NCBI GenBank assembly: GCA_965219995.1
Contig: CBDCOX010000002.1
Coordinates: 1,952,001 to 2,016,000, forward strand
Direction of reading: 5' to 3'
Length of the DNA stretch: 64,000 nucleotides
From: Candidatus Latescibacterota bacterium
GTDB lineage: Bacteria > Latescibacterota > UBA2968 > GCA-2709665
In this document: one piece after another, positions 11,095-21,328 of the stretch
Position numbering within the stretch: the stretch's first letter is position 1
Layout of the letters: each line of letters begins with the position of its first letter
Program-made: the position numbers and the translations under genes
Notes under the pieces: model-generated
What the model saw: the letters and a program-made list of their open reading frames with translations, nothing else
What the model was told of the DNA's origin: nothing
Database searches by the model: none

Positions 11095-12390
11095 ATGGAT
11101 AATCTGTCGATGCGCGACCTGCTCGAATGGGCCGATCGGTATCTTGCCGGCGGCTGTCTGGGCAGCTTTCGGATTCCGGATGAAGTCGCAACCGTAATGC
11201 AGCGTGGAAGCGGCTGCCGGATTTACGATACCGAGGGCCGGGAATATATCGACTACATCCTCGGCTCCGGCCCGCTGATTCTGGGTCACGCCCATCCCGC
11301 CGTCGTCGAGGCCGTCCAGCGCCAGGTGGCGCTGGGATCGACATTCTACGCCCTCAATGAACCCGTTATTCGCCTGGCCGAGCGGATTGTCGAAGCCTCG
11401 CCCTGCGGGGAATCCATCCGCTTCATCTCCTCGGGCACCGAAGGGACTTTTTCAGCCCTCCGTATGGCGCGGGCATTCACCGGCCGGGAGAAAATCCTCA
11501 AGTTCGAGGGCGGCTGGCACGGCGGCCACGACTATGCCCAGCAGAGTACCACACCGACGCGACCGACGGACGGGCCGCTGCCCATCCCGGACTCCCAGGG
11601 CATTCCCAGGGCCGTCGGCCAATCGGTTCTGGTCGCCCCGTTCAACGACGGCGATGCTGCCGCAGAACTCATAGCGTCCTACGCGGACGACCTGGCGGCC
11701 GTTATCGTCGAACCCGTTCAGCGCGCCCTCCGGCCGGAGCCGGGCTTTCTGGAATCCATCCGGAAAGCCGCGAGCGCCTGCGGCGTCGTCCTCATTTTCG
11801 ACGAAGTCGTCACCGGCTTTCGCATCGCCTGGGGGGGCGCACAGGAGCGCTACGGCGTCGTGCCCGACGTTGCCGTCTACGGAAAGACGATCAGCGGCGG
11901 ATACCCGATGGCCGCCGTCTGCGGGCGGGCGGATATTCTGGCGTGCGCGGACCCCCGCCGTAAAGGGACCGCACCGTATACCTTTGTGAGCGGAACGACC
12001 AACGGGAATCCCGTCTCTGCCGCCGCCGGCCTGGCAACACTGGATGTGCTGGAGTCCGACGGCGTATATGGAAAGCTCTACGATATCCCTTCACGTCTGG
12101 GGCGCGGCCTCGAAGCGCTCGGCGTAGAGATGGGAATACCGCTTCAGGTCCTGGGTGAAGGGCCGGTGCTGCAACCCTATTTCTCGGATGCCGAAATCCG
12201 AAACTACGCGGACACGCTTCAGGCCGACGCCGGCGCCGCCAGGCAGTTCGGCATTGAAATGATCAAACGGGGCATTTTCTTCAATCCTGGAGGAAAGCTC
12301 TATTTCTCGCTGGCGCACACGGAGCAGGACATCGACCGGACATTAAAGGTCGCCGAGGCAGCCCTCCAGCGGGTTCGCGTAGATACATGA
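11095..12390 (+). CDS. Class III PLP aminotransferase (GSA-mutase-like)
   Basis: YIDYILGSGPLILGH, SSGTEG, FEGGWHG, IVEP, LIFDEVVTGFR, YGKTISGG, SGTTNGNP; RBS GGAG before ATG 11095. Confidence 0.92.
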   Translation: MDNLSMRDLLEWADRYLAGGCLGSFRIPDEVATVMQRGSGCRIYDTEGREYIDYILGSGPLILGHAHPAVVEAVQRQVALGSTFYALNEPVIRLAERIVEASPCGESIRFISSGTEGTFSALRMARAFTGREKILKFEGGWHGGHDYAQQSTTPTRPTDGPLPIPDSQGIPRAVGQSVLVAPFNDGDAAAELIASYADDLAAVIVEPVQRALRPEPGFLESIRKAASACGVVLIFDEVVTGFRIAWGGAQERYGVVPDVAVYGKTISGGYPMAAVCGRADILACADPRRKGTAPYTFVSGTTNGNPVSAAAGLATLDVLESDGVYGKLYDIPSRLGRGLEALGVEMGIPLQVLGEGPVLQPYFSDAEIRNYADTLQADAGAARQFGIEMIKRGIFFNPGGKLYFSLAHTEQDIDRTLKVAEAALQRVRVDT

Positions 12391-12484
12391 CCTGTGCATG
12401 AATAACGCTGCGATGCATTTGCCGGTAAATCGCTGAAGCCCTCTCGGGGGAACGGCCGTCTGAATTCAAGGGCGAATCCAATAT

Positions 12485-13465
12485 ATGGATCTCTTCCTGA
12501 GCAAGTCCACCGTTGTCGGCGCCGGTCTGATGGGCGGTCAGATCGCCATGGTCCTGGCGCTCGGAAGCAGCGAAACCTGGCTGATCAGCCGGCGGCGTGA
12601 AAGCCTCTTCAATGCGCGCGAAAATCTGGAGCGGTACGCGCAGGATCTCGCGCGGCACAACAGGCTTCGGGGTGAATCGCCCGACGACGTGCTGAACCGC
12701 ATACACACGACCACGAACCTGGAGACCGCTGTTGGCGAATCCAACTTTGTCGTGGAGTCCATCACGGAAGACCTGGAGTCCAAGCAAGCGCTCTTCCATC
12801 GTCTTGACGCCATGGCGGCTACCGAAGTCCCTCTGGTCAGCAACACATCCGGCCTGCCCATTACCAGCCTGGCGGCAAAAGCCCGGCACAGAGACCGCAT
12901 CGCCGGTTCGCACTTCGTGCAACCGGCCCACATCGTACCCGTTGCCGAAATCGTCCGCGGGGAGAAGACTTCGAACGAAATCATGGAATGTATCGCAGGA
13001 ATCTGGCAGCGGCTGGGCTACATGCCGCTTCGCGTGAACAAGGACGTACCAGGATTTCTCGTCAACCGGCTTCAGCATGCGCTGATCCGTGAGGCCGTCG
13101 ACCTGCTGGCTTCCGGCGTCGCCTCCGCCGAGGACATCGACGCCGCCTTCCGACTGGGACTGGCGCCAAGATTCACCACCGCGGGCCCGCTGGAACAACG
13201 CGACATCAACGGACTGACCATGCACGTCCGCGTCGCCTCGCATCTCTGGCAGGCCCTGGGAGGGTGGGAGCAGCCCCTAGCCTACCTCCAGGCGCTGGTC
13301 GGGAAGGGAGCGACAGGGGTGGAATCCGGAAATGGCTATTACAACTGGTCGGGAAGAGACCCGCAAGCGGTCCGCGCCGAAAAGGACGAGCAACTCCTGC
13401 GCCGGACCGCCGAGGTGATGGCGGACTGGGAGGAGGAGCAGGAGACGCGCGGAAAGGGGCCGTAA
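12485..13465 (+). CDS. 3-hydroxyacyl-CoA dehydrogenase family protein
   Basis: VVGAGLMG Rossmann motif, VESITEDL..K, SNTSG, GSHF..P, VPGFLVNRLQ, GPLE..D. Confidence 0.92.
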   Translation: MDLFLSKSTVVGAGLMGGQIAMVLALGSSETWLISRRRESLFNARENLERYAQDLARHNRLRGESPDDVLNRIHTTTNLETAVGESNFVVESITEDLESKQALFHRLDAMAATEVPLVSNTSGLPITSLAAKARHRDRIAGSHFVQPAHIVPVAEIVRGEKTSNEIMECIAGIWQRLGYMPLRVNKDVPGFLVNRLQHALIREAVDLLASGVASAEDIDAAFRLGLAPRFTTAGPLEQRDINGLTMHVRVASHLWQALGGWEQPLAYLQALVGKGATGVESGNGYYNWSGRDPQAVRAEKDEQLLRRTAEVMADWEEEQETRGKGP

Positions 13466-13518
13466 ACCCGGGATTCACGGTCGTTCAAAGGACATATTTC
13501 GTCGTTTCAGGAGGCAAA

Positions 13519-14394
13519 ATGAGCGCCAACAGGTACGTGATGTCGGCAGAAGAACGTTATTTCTTCGACCTGAGCGGATATCTGGTCGTCAGCAATGCGC
13601 TCACAGCCGAAGAGGTGGCCGAGTGCAATGCCGCCATCGACCACTTCGCCGACCGCGTTTCCACCCGTTCCGTCGACACCGGCAGCCTCTCCGGCGGATC
13701 ATCAGCCCTGAAAGGTGCGCAGGGGCGAAAGGAACTTACCGGAATGCTGGCCTGGCCTGCGCCATACAGGGAGCCGTTCAGAAACCTCCTGGTCCATCCC
13801 GTCGTAGTCTCGCGCCTGAATGAGATGTCCGGAAAGGGATTTCGACTCGACCACGGTCCATTGCTCATCGGCGCGGAAGCCGGCGCGGAGGGGCACCAGT
13901 TGCATGGCGCCGGGGAACCCTTCAGCCAGTCTGTATGGTACCACCAGCAGAACGGCAGGATGTACTGCCGCGGCGTCACCGTAGCCTGGCAACTGACGGA
14001 CGTCAACAAGGGTGACGGTGGATTCTGCATCGTACCCGGCAGCCACAAGACGCGCGAACCCGCTCCGGCGGGAATACGCTCCGTGGAAGATCATATGGAC
14101 CTGGTTGTACAGCCAGTGATGTCAGCTGGCGACGTCCTGTTTTTCGCCGAAACCGCCACGCATGGCACCCTCCCGTGGAGAGGCAGACACGAACGTCGTT
14201 CGGTACTCTACAAGTACGCTTCACGAGCCGCCGCCCGCGCAACGGGGCGCCATTTTACACCCGAAACCCGCTGGGGTAATTGGGTCCGGGACCTCAGTCC
14301 CGAACAGAGGGCCGTTCTCTATGGGCCCGGCGTCCACACAGGCTCGGACTTTCCGAGGCTGGATTCCGACGGAGAGACGACCCGGGTCGTCTGA
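13519..14394 (+). CDS. PhyH-family Fe(II)/2OG oxygenase, HxA variant
   Basis: FDLSGYLVV, LHGAG, LTDV..GDGGF..VPGSHK, AGDVLFF...THG, RR; RBS AGGAGG. Confidence 0.9.
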   Translation: MSANRYVMSAEERYFFDLSGYLVVSNALTAEEVAECNAAIDHFADRVSTRSVDTGSLSGGSSALKGAQGRKELTGMLAWPAPYREPFRNLLVHPVVVSRLNEMSGKGFRLDHGPLLIGAEAGAEGHQLHGAGEPFSQSVWYHQQNGRMYCRGVTVAWQLTDVNKGDGGFCIVPGSHKTREPAPAGIRSVEDHMDLVVQPVMSAGDVLFFAETATHGTLPWRGRHERRSVLYKYASRAAARATGRHFTPETRWGNWVRDLSPEQRAVLYGPGVHTGSDFPRLDSDGETTRVV

Positions 14395-14444
14395 GTAAAC
14401 GTGGCAAACGGCGCGGTACAGTCAGTACTCGACTGGAGCAGGTC

Positions 14445-15308
14445 ATGAATGCAAAGGAACGCTACCTGTGGGATCTCACGGGATACCTGATTGCACGCCA
14501 GGTACTTTCGCCCGAAGAGCTCGCAGCCGCGAACGAAGCCATCAACCGGTACCAGGAACGGATGCAGGTAGGCGATGACAATCTGGGCGCGCGTGACTCG
14601 AATTCCCTCCGGGGCACCGGCCGTCCGACCATGCACGACCTGCTGCAGTTGGAACACCCTCATTGCGAACCGTTTCGGCGGATGCTCGTCCACCCCGCCG
14701 TCGTCAGGCGCCTGAACGTCATGTGCGGGACGGGCTTTCGCCTGGATCACGGCCCGTTGCTCATATCCGGTGTCAAAGGTACCGAGGGCCTGACCATGCA
14801 CGGCTCCGGCGAGCCGCACAGACCCCACGTGGCCTACCATCACCAGAATGGCGGGACCTACTGCGGCGGCGTCACGGTAAGCTGGCAACTCGCCGACGTG
14901 AACCCGGGGGACGGCGGCTTCACCTGCGTACCCGGCAGCCACAAATCCGGATTTCCCATGCCGCCGGGCGTTCGCACGTGCGACGACGACATGGGTACGG
15001 TGGTGCAGCCGGCCATGCGGGCCGGCGACGTCCTGTTCTTCATGGACGGCGCACAGACCCATGGCACACGACCCTGGCAGAGCGAGCGGCCCCGCCGTTC
15101 CGTACTGTACAAATACGCTTCCAGATCTTCCATACGGGGCGGCTCCGCGAAAGATCTGGCCCCACCCGAAATATACTGGGGCGAAGAACTCGTGGAGGGC
15201 ATGACCCCTGAGCAGCGCGCGGTTATGTACGGGCCCTATTCCAACCACGGGGGCGAGATTCCGTTCCTCGCCGTGGACGCCGACGGGAATGTCCGGATCG
15301 AGCGTTGA
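14445..15308 (+). CDS. PhyH-family Fe(II)/2OG oxygenase, HxS variant; tandem paralog of the previous gene
   Basis: WDLTGYL, MHGSG, LADV.PGDGGF..VPGSHK, AGDVLFF...THGT, RRSVLYKYASR shared with the neighbour. Confidence 0.9.
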   Translation: MNAKERYLWDLTGYLIARQVLSPEELAAANEAINRYQERMQVGDDNLGARDSNSLRGTGRPTMHDLLQLEHPHCEPFRRMLVHPAVVRRLNVMCGTGFRLDHGPLLISGVKGTEGLTMHGSGEPHRPHVAYHHQNGGTYCGGVTVSWQLADVNPGDGGFTCVPGSHKSGFPMPPGVRTCDDDMGTVVQPAMRAGDVLFFMDGAQTHGTRPWQSERPRRSVLYKYASRSSIRGGSAKDLAPPEIYWGEELVEGMTPEQRAVMYGPYSNHGGEIPFLAVDADGNVRIER

Positions 15309-16312
15309 ATAAGGGCCTTATGGACGTTTCCGAAGCGGAAACGGTGGCACGCCTGATTCGAAATGCGTATCCGTCCTTCGCCCTGCTGGCCGGTATGCAA
15401 CTCGGCGTTTTCAATACCCTGGCCGACGGGCCGTTGGATGCGCGGCAAATCGCAGCAAAAAGCGAGGTGTCGGCCGATCGCCTCTCACGGCTGCTATACG
15501 CGCTGGTGGCGGCGGGCCTGCTGCGCGGGGAAGACGATCGCTTTGTCAATTGCAGCGAAGCACAGCGTTATCTTGTAGAGTCCAGCCCGGATTACATCGG
15601 CAACCTTCACCACCTTCTTTCGGTTCTCTGGTCGGCATCGCTCAAGACCGCGGAATCGATTCGGCTCGACCAACCCCAGGCCGAACACAGTTTTGCCGAC
15701 ATGCCCACCGGTCAGTTGTACGCCTTCCTTCGCGGACTTCACGACGAGGCACTCGCGACCGGACGGTACCTGGCCGCCTGTTTCGATTTTTCGTCCTGCA
15801 GGCGCCTTCTCGATGTTGGAGGGGGTTCGGGCGGCGTGGCGATCGCCGCCGCCGAGGCCAGTCCCCGCCTGACCGCCACCGTGCTGGATCTGCCCGAGGT
15901 CGTCCCCGTTACAAGGCGTTTCATTCGTCAGGCGAACGCGACCGACCGGGTACGCACCCTCGCGCTGGACGTCACCCGAGAACCCGTCCAGGAGGAATTC
16001 GACGCGGCGGTTGCGAAAGCGTTTGTCCAGACCCTTGCTCCGGACCAGGCAGGTCGGGCCCTGTCGCACATCGGCGCCGCGCTCCGTCCCGGGGGTTCCA
16101 TCTACATCCTGGGCAGCGGCATCCTGGACGACAGCCGATGTTCACCGCCCGACGCGGCAATCTTCAACATCGTCTTCCTCAACATCTATCGCGGGGGTCG
16201 CGCCTACACGGAAAGCGAGTACAGAACCTGGTTGATCCAGGCGGGATTCGAGGATGTCCATCGGACCAGGCAACCGAACGGATCGAGCATCATCACGGCG
16301 ACGAAATCATGA
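15305..16312 (+). CDS. SAM-dependent O-methyltransferase (dimerisation plus Methyltransf_2, ASMT/COMT-like); start may be ATG 15320
   Basis: QLGVF..LADGP winged helix, RLL.AL...GLL, LLDVGGGSG, LDLPEV, LRPGG, AGF. Confidence 0.9.
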   Translation: MNKGLMDVSEAETVARLIRNAYPSFALLAGMQLGVFNTLADGPLDARQIAAKSEVSADRLSRLLYALVAAGLLRGEDDRFVNCSEAQRYLVESSPDYIGNLHHLLSVLWSASLKTAESIRLDQPQAEHSFADMPTGQLYAFLRGLHDEALATGRYLAACFDFSSCRRLLDVGGGSGGVAIAAAEASPRLTATVLDLPEVVPVTRRFIRQANATDRVRTLALDVTREPVQEEFDAAVAKAFVQTLAPDQAGRALSHIGAALRPGGSIYILGSGILDDSRCSPPDAAIFNIVFLNIYRGGRAYTESEYRTWLIQAGFEDVHRTRQPNGSSIITATKS

Positions 16313-16366
16313 ATGGGCTGCCGCATCAGGCAGTGGCGCGGAATTCGGATTCCCGTCAGAATCGAG

Positions 16367-16410
16367 TTGACAAACAGGGTTTCCCTGTTTACCTGTAATA
16401 CATCTTTACA
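16367..16410 (+). promoter_or_regulatory. Putative promoter with two palindromic operator-like sites
   Basis: TTGACA 16367-16372; AAACAGGG-ttt-CCCTGTTT 16372-16390; TGTAA-N7-TTACA 16394-16410. Confidence 0.45.
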
Positions 16411-16502
16411 TAAGGGCGTCTCGGCAGATGTCATCCACCTGAAACGGTGTCGCGCCACATTCGGCGGCGGCCGGTTGCCCGGATTGACGACAGCCCTCAG
16501 GA

Positions 16503-17345
16503 ATGTTCATGGATACCGACCTCGCAACGTACCTGTTTGACCTTCGTGGTTATCTGCATCTCGAGAACGCGCTCTCCATCGAGGAAGTCGGAGAACTCAA
16601 CACCTGCCTGGACGGGATTCCGTCCCTCATGCCGGGGGAGTGGTTCGGCAATGTCCACGCCCATACCTACGGAGACGACACGTCCGGCCTGAATCTGCAA
16701 CAGATCTATGAAGCCGGAGAGCCCTTTGAGAACCTGATCGACCATCCTGCGTGGTTCGAACTGGTCAAGCGCTTCGTGGGAGGCGAGGGCAGCTTCGACT
16801 ACCACCACGGCCCCTTGTTCATCGACGAGAATTTCGCGAATTTTCGCGAACCCGGCGAAGCCATCGGGCTGCACTCCGGCGGGTACCCGCCCATATTGCG
16901 CAATCAGTTTCGCTACCACGGCGGACGCTTCATGTGCGGGCAGATCAACATCCTGGTCGCGCTTACCGACGTCGGGCCCGGCGACGGCGGCACCATGGTC
17001 ATTCCCGGAAGCCACAAATCCAATTTCAAACACCCCCACTTCGACAGACACCGGATGTCCAGAAACGCCACGGTCGAAGGCATCGAGGGCGCCGTCGAAA
17101 TTCAGATGAATGCAGGGGACGCGCTGTTGTTTGTGGACGGCATCTCGCATGGTTCCGCCCGGCGTTCCAACCCGGGTACGCGGCGCGTGGTTGTCTATCG
17201 TTATGGCCCGTCATGGGGCAACTTCCGGCACGGCTATCAGCCATCGCAGGAACTCCTGAAGAGACTCACGCCCGAGCGGCGACGGATCGTGCAGCCGCAG
17301 CACCTCATCCCTCGAGGATCGCACGAAAAGACCGATTCAGTCTGA
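16503..17345 (+). CDS. PhyH-family Fe(II)/2OG oxygenase, HxG variant
   Basis: LFDLRGYL, LHSGG, LTDVGPGDGGT.VIPGSHK, AGDALLF...SHGS, RR. Confidence 0.9.
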   Translation: MFMDTDLATYLFDLRGYLHLENALSIEEVGELNTCLDGIPSLMPGEWFGNVHAHTYGDDTSGLNLQQIYEAGEPFENLIDHPAWFELVKRFVGGEGSFDYHHGPLFIDENFANFREPGEAIGLHSGGYPPILRNQFRYHGGRFMCGQINILVALTDVGPGDGGTMVIPGSHKSNFKHPHFDRHRMSRNATVEGIEGAVEIQMNAGDALLFVDGISHGSARRSNPGTRRVVVYRYGPSWGNFRHGYQPSQELLKRLTPERRRIVQPQHLIPRGSHEKTDSV

Positions 17346-17409
17346 GCGTCGAGAAGAGGACCGACATTATCACTTCTAATAATCCCTTACGAATACCAAG
17401 GAGGCTCAC

Positions 17410-18141
17410 ATGGCTAACTCTCAGGACATGCTGGAAGCATTGAAGAACTTCGACACCCCGTCAATCACGAACGTCGTGGCCACGTATCCCGGCAACCCGC
17501 TCTGCCTGAGCCTCTACAATCCCTGGACGGAAAACTGGTACACGGACCAATCGATCAAATGCATGTACCCCGAGTTGGGCCGCACGGTCGGTTACGCGGT
17601 GACGTGCGTCTTCGGACTGCCCGACCCCGACTACACCTCTCTGTCGTTTCTGGACGTGATTGACGCGCTGGACGCGTCTCCCAAACCCACCGTTCTTGTC
17701 TTCCAGCAGAAATTTCCGCCGGAACTCGCGGCCAAGGTCGGACTGGCCGGAGGCAACATGACTTCGGCCATGAAAGCCGTCGGATGCGTAGGCGCCATCT
17801 CCAACGGGCCCTCTCGGGACATCGACGAGATTCGCCCCATGCAATTTCAATACATGCTCAGCGGCGTCACCGCCGGGCACGGCGGCATGGACGTGCACGC
17901 CGTCAATGTGCCGGTCTCGGTAGGCGGAATGGACGTGGCTCCCGGCGAGATCATCCATATGGACGAGAACGGCGCGTGCAAATTTCCCGCCGACAAACTG
18001 GAAGCCGTTCTCAACAACGTCCGTGCGCTGCAGAAGGAAGAGGAGGAACGAATGGGCGCCCTGCTGAACGCCTCTTCAGCCGATGAAGTCCGGGCGATCC
18101 TGGGCGGACATACGTACGCTGACGAGGACGAGGATGTCTGA
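17410..18141 (+). CDS. RraA/HMG-CHA aldolase family protein
   Basis: FDTPSITN, VGYAVT, GGNM, G..SNGPSRDIDE, VSVGGM.VAPG.IIH.DENG; RBS AAGGAGG. Confidence 0.85.
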   Translation: MANSQDMLEALKNFDTPSITNVVATYPGNPLCLSLYNPWTENWYTDQSIKCMYPELGRTVGYAVTCVFGLPDPDYTSLSFLDVIDALDASPKPTVLVFQQKFPPELAAKVGLAGGNMTSAMKAVGCVGAISNGPSRDIDEIRPMQFQYMLSGVTAGHGGMDVHAVNVPVSVGGMDVAPGEIIHMDENGACKFPADKLEAVLNNVRALQKEEEERMGALLNASSADEVRAILGGHTYADEDEDV

Positions 18142-18280
18142 CGCCGAGATTGCAGTCTGCCCGGGACAAATCAGACCTGCCTTACGGACCTCTCCTGATC
18201 GGGGATCGGGAATTGCTCGCGCGGTCGGGGGATGGACGAATCGTGGACGTAAATTCCACAGACTTTCGAAATTTCGGAGA

Positions 18281-21200
18281 CTACGCCACAATCCTGACGC
18301 GATCGCCAACGGCCGTTGAATACACTTCAAATGATTCGCCGATAACCTTCGAAAAATCAAATGCTTCCTCTACAACAAAGGTCGTTCGCCCGCGCATCCT
18401 GCGAATCGTAAACACGTGGTTCCCGATTCTCAACCGGCATCCGGGATATGCACCGCCCTTCGGATGATCCACGGTGCTTTCGAATCTGGATCGCTTCCCG
18501 GATGCCACCTTGCCCCTGCCTCTGACGAACCTGGGCATGTCCGCCAGGAAGACACGGCTGCCGCCACCCTCACGCTCTATTCGCCGCACCCGATACACCG
18601 TTTCAAGCGTTGACGGATGCCGGACGTAGACCACCTTTCCGTCAAGCGATCCATCCTCAGGCAACGCGACGTCCAGCACCATTTCGCTCCGCCCCGGTGC
18701 ACCGGAAATGTCTCCCGCCAGTTCCGTGACGACCCCTTTGTAGTCGGAAATCCTCTGAACTTCCGATTCGCCGACCCTTAACCGCGACCCTTCAATCACA
18801 TCGAGATCGAGGTTTGCGGAGGTCTCGCTCGCCACGCCCGCCCGTCCCCTGAGTTCAAATCGCCTGCCGTCCGGCAGGGTCGTAACCAACCCCACGCCCC
18901 GGGGATCGATCGCGATTGTCCGGTCCCGGTCTCGTTCATTCACCTGCAGCACAACGCCGGACCCATTCCGCGCCACCAGGTTCGCACCCCGAACGAAACT
19001 CTCGCCGGTATGCGCTTCAATGACTGCGACGAACAGGCTCGTTTCGCCTCGTTGCCGCAGGCAGACTGTACGCATCCAGAAATCGTCCAACTTGCCGTCG
19101 TCCTCCCGCGTCCGTCGGATGGAAGGTGCGTCGCTGATCAGCAATCGCCCCGCTTGCACGCCCAGAAACCTGACGTCCACCTGCGCGCCTCCACCCTCGA
19201 ACCGCACGTTGAAATCTCCGGACACATCCGCAGCGCGCGTGCGTTTCAGATATCCGAAAAGGGCGCCGTCCGTCCCGTCTCCGCGCAGAATCATCTCCGC
19301 TTCAGCGGCTCGCAGTCCTACTTCTGTGGAAATCGTCTGGTCGAAGTCGGCCGATCCGTGCAGCAGATAGTCGTGCACGTCACCGCCTTCCACCTCGAAC
19401 AGGTCCACCACGTACCCGCTATCGGGCCCCGTTGGGACGAGCATCATCGATCGTCGATACACGGTCGTATTCCCGAAGGCTCCCGCTGCTTCCGCGCAAA
19501 CGAATCCAACGCGCGTACGGGAAGCCGGGCGATAACTGAGCAGCCGCCCGCTTTCTCTGGTCTGCTCCCGTCCGTCGACGACCACGGTATTGTGGCTGCC
19601 GACCGTCGTCGCCCACTCCCGGTAACGGGTATGCGTGTACCCGATGTCCGACAGCAGTTCCTGACCGAACATATCCAGGCCCATCGCGAGGGTGTCGTAA
19701 TGGTGATGTCCGCCCCACGGACCGTAACCCAGCGTCGCGCGCACGGCTTCCTTCGATCGTCCCACGCCCAGGATCACGTCGCCGGCCGCCGGCAACAGAT
19801 AATTCGCGGGCACAAGCGCGAGCAGATCGTCGTCCGTGACGCGCCGGTCGGCTTCCGACGTCCGTCGAAAGAGCGCGTGCTCGACGTCGGCGACTGGAAT
19901 GCGGGAGGTGCCTCTGATTTCATCCGCTGCTTCCACGAATTTGCCCATAGACGCAATCTGACTGGAAACACGTGCGAAACCGGTACTCAGCGCCCACGTG
20001 TCATTGGCCATGAACGTGCGTCCGTCCGGCATGAACAATCCCAGCGGCGCCGTATAGACTCGCTCCAGAAACGGCATCTCTCCGTAAACGTCGATTCCGC
20101 CTGGCCCACTGATGACATCAGGCACACGAAGGGTCCCGCTTGTAATCATATTGAAGTAGTTGAGGGTATTCTCGTGCCAGTACCCGTCGTAATAATAGCA
20201 GTTATCGATCAACGTACGGTACAGGCTGTACGATCTGCTTACGAAATCCGTTTCGTCGAGAGCCCTTCCCACGAGCGCCATCCCGTTGATCCGCCCCCCG
20301 TCGTAATTGGTCGAGCCATGGGGAATCTCCAGTGTGTGCCGGATTGCCTCGTACAGCAGATCACGCTCGATGGCCTCGCGCACGTCCCGCCCCTCGGATT
20401 CAGACAGACTTTCGATGGCGCCGCTGTCGGAAATCAGGTCGTAAACCTGAGCCAGCCGGAACGCGTTGTACGCGTCCGAAAAGGGGCTGGCATGAAAATT
20501 GCCCATTCTGGCGGAAACGAACGGAAAGGGCGGATCCTTGTAGAAGTGGTTCTCGTAGAATCCCTTCCGATCGGCGTGCAGATACGACACGCCCAGTCCG
20601 TGCACGGGATAGTTCTTGTAGACTTCCGAAAGCCGATCCAGGATCACCGCCGCTTTGTGTGCATACGCCATTTCGCCGGTCAGCACATAGGCGATCGACA
20701 GGGGATCCGCCATCCGGACCACCTGGTATTGCGTGTAATTCAGCAGCATATTCTCGAAAAAGTACCGCATCCCCTCTTCATCCTCCCAATACCGGTATCG
20801 CACCGTCCCACCGGCAGGACCGATCACCTCGATCTCTCCCACCTGCTGGTGTTCCGGTCCCGGGAACACGCTCCCGCAAATCTTGCACCGAACTCGGTAC
20901 GGATCCTTCGGCGACCATTCCCAGAAATGGATCCGCCAACTCCTCTTTCTCCGGTCCACGGGACATCGCGGGAGCGGAAAGTTGACCTGGTCTGAAATAC
21001 CGGCACGAATCTGCGCGTCGGGCATTTCGAGAATCTTGCGGTTGGCGATCCACCTCAATTGCCCGTCTCTGAACCGCCTGGCCCATTCGTGCGATTCCAC
21101 CCGCCTGCGCGCCCGCTCGATCTGATCCGGAGTATAGAAGAGCGGGTGTTCCACCCCTCTGGGAAACGGTCGTTCGCCTTCCCAGTACCTCTTTTCCCTT

Positions 21201-21328
21201 GAACAGTCGATTCGCTCGATTCCCATATCATTCCTCCACAACGCCCGATCGCATCCCGCCGCAAGAACCACGGCGCCCAGGCCGGCGTCCCGCAAAAACT
21301 CCCGTCTCGTGAGTAAATGCTCTGACAT
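18281..21328 (-). CDS. Tat-exported lipoprotein, heparinase II/III-like polysaccharide lyase
   Basis: TRREFL twin-arginine motif plus LAAGC lipobox; YYDGYWHE..LNY, GGHHHYD, D.GY, HNTVVVDG, YRR..., VDLF.V.GG..HDY.LHG. Confidence 0.85.
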   Translation of the reverse strand: MSEHLLTRREFLRDAGLGAVVLAAGCDRALWRNDMGIERIDCSREKRYWEGERPFPRGVEHPLFYTPDQIERARRRVESHEWARRFRDGQLRWIANRKILEMPDAQIRAGISDQVNFPLPRCPVDRRKRSWRIHFWEWSPKDPYRVRCKICGSVFPGPEHQQVGEIEVIGPAGGTVRYRYWEDEEGMRYFFENMLLNYTQYQVVRMADPLSIAYVLTGEMAYAHKAAVILDRLSEVYKNYPVHGLGVSYLHADRKGFYENHFYKDPPFPFVSARMGNFHASPFSDAYNAFRLAQVYDLISDSGAIESLSESEGRDVREAIERDLLYEAIRHTLEIPHGSTNYDGGRINGMALVGRALDETDFVSRSYSLYRTLIDNCYYYDGYWHENTLNYFNMITSGTLRVPDVISGPGGIDVYGEMPFLERVYTAPLGLFMPDGRTFMANDTWALSTGFARVSSQIASMGKFVEAADEIRGTSRIPVADVEHALFRRTSEADRRVTDDDLLALVPANYLLPAAGDVILGVGRSKEAVRATLGYGPWGGHHHYDTLAMGLDMFGQELLSDIGYTHTRYREWATTVGSHNTVVVDGREQTRESGRLLSYRPASRTRVGFVCAEAAGAFGNTTVYRRSMMLVPTGPDSGYVVDLFEVEGGDVHDYLLHGSADFDQTISTEVGLRAAEAEMILRGDGTDGALFGYLKRTRAADVSGDFNVRFEGGGAQVDVRFLGVQAGRLLISDAPSIRRTREDDGKLDDFWMRTVCLRQRGETSLFVAVIEAHTGESFVRGANLVARNGSGVVLQVNERDRDRTIAIDPRGVGLVTTLPDGRRFELRGRAGVASETSANLDLDVIEGSRLRVGESEVQRISDYKGVVTELAGDISGAPGRSEMVLDVALPEDGSLDGKVVYVRHPSTLETVYRVRRIEREGGGSRVFLADMPRFVRGRGKVASGKRSRFESTVDHPKGGAYPGCRLRIGNHVFTIRRMRGRTTFVVEEAFDFSKVIGESFEVYSTAVGDRVRIVA

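Noticed and set aside
11095-12390. Calling either class III aminotransferase hemL
   Set aside because: Family motifs are present, but the HemL-specific N-terminal PGGVNSPVR is missing and there is no heme gene context.
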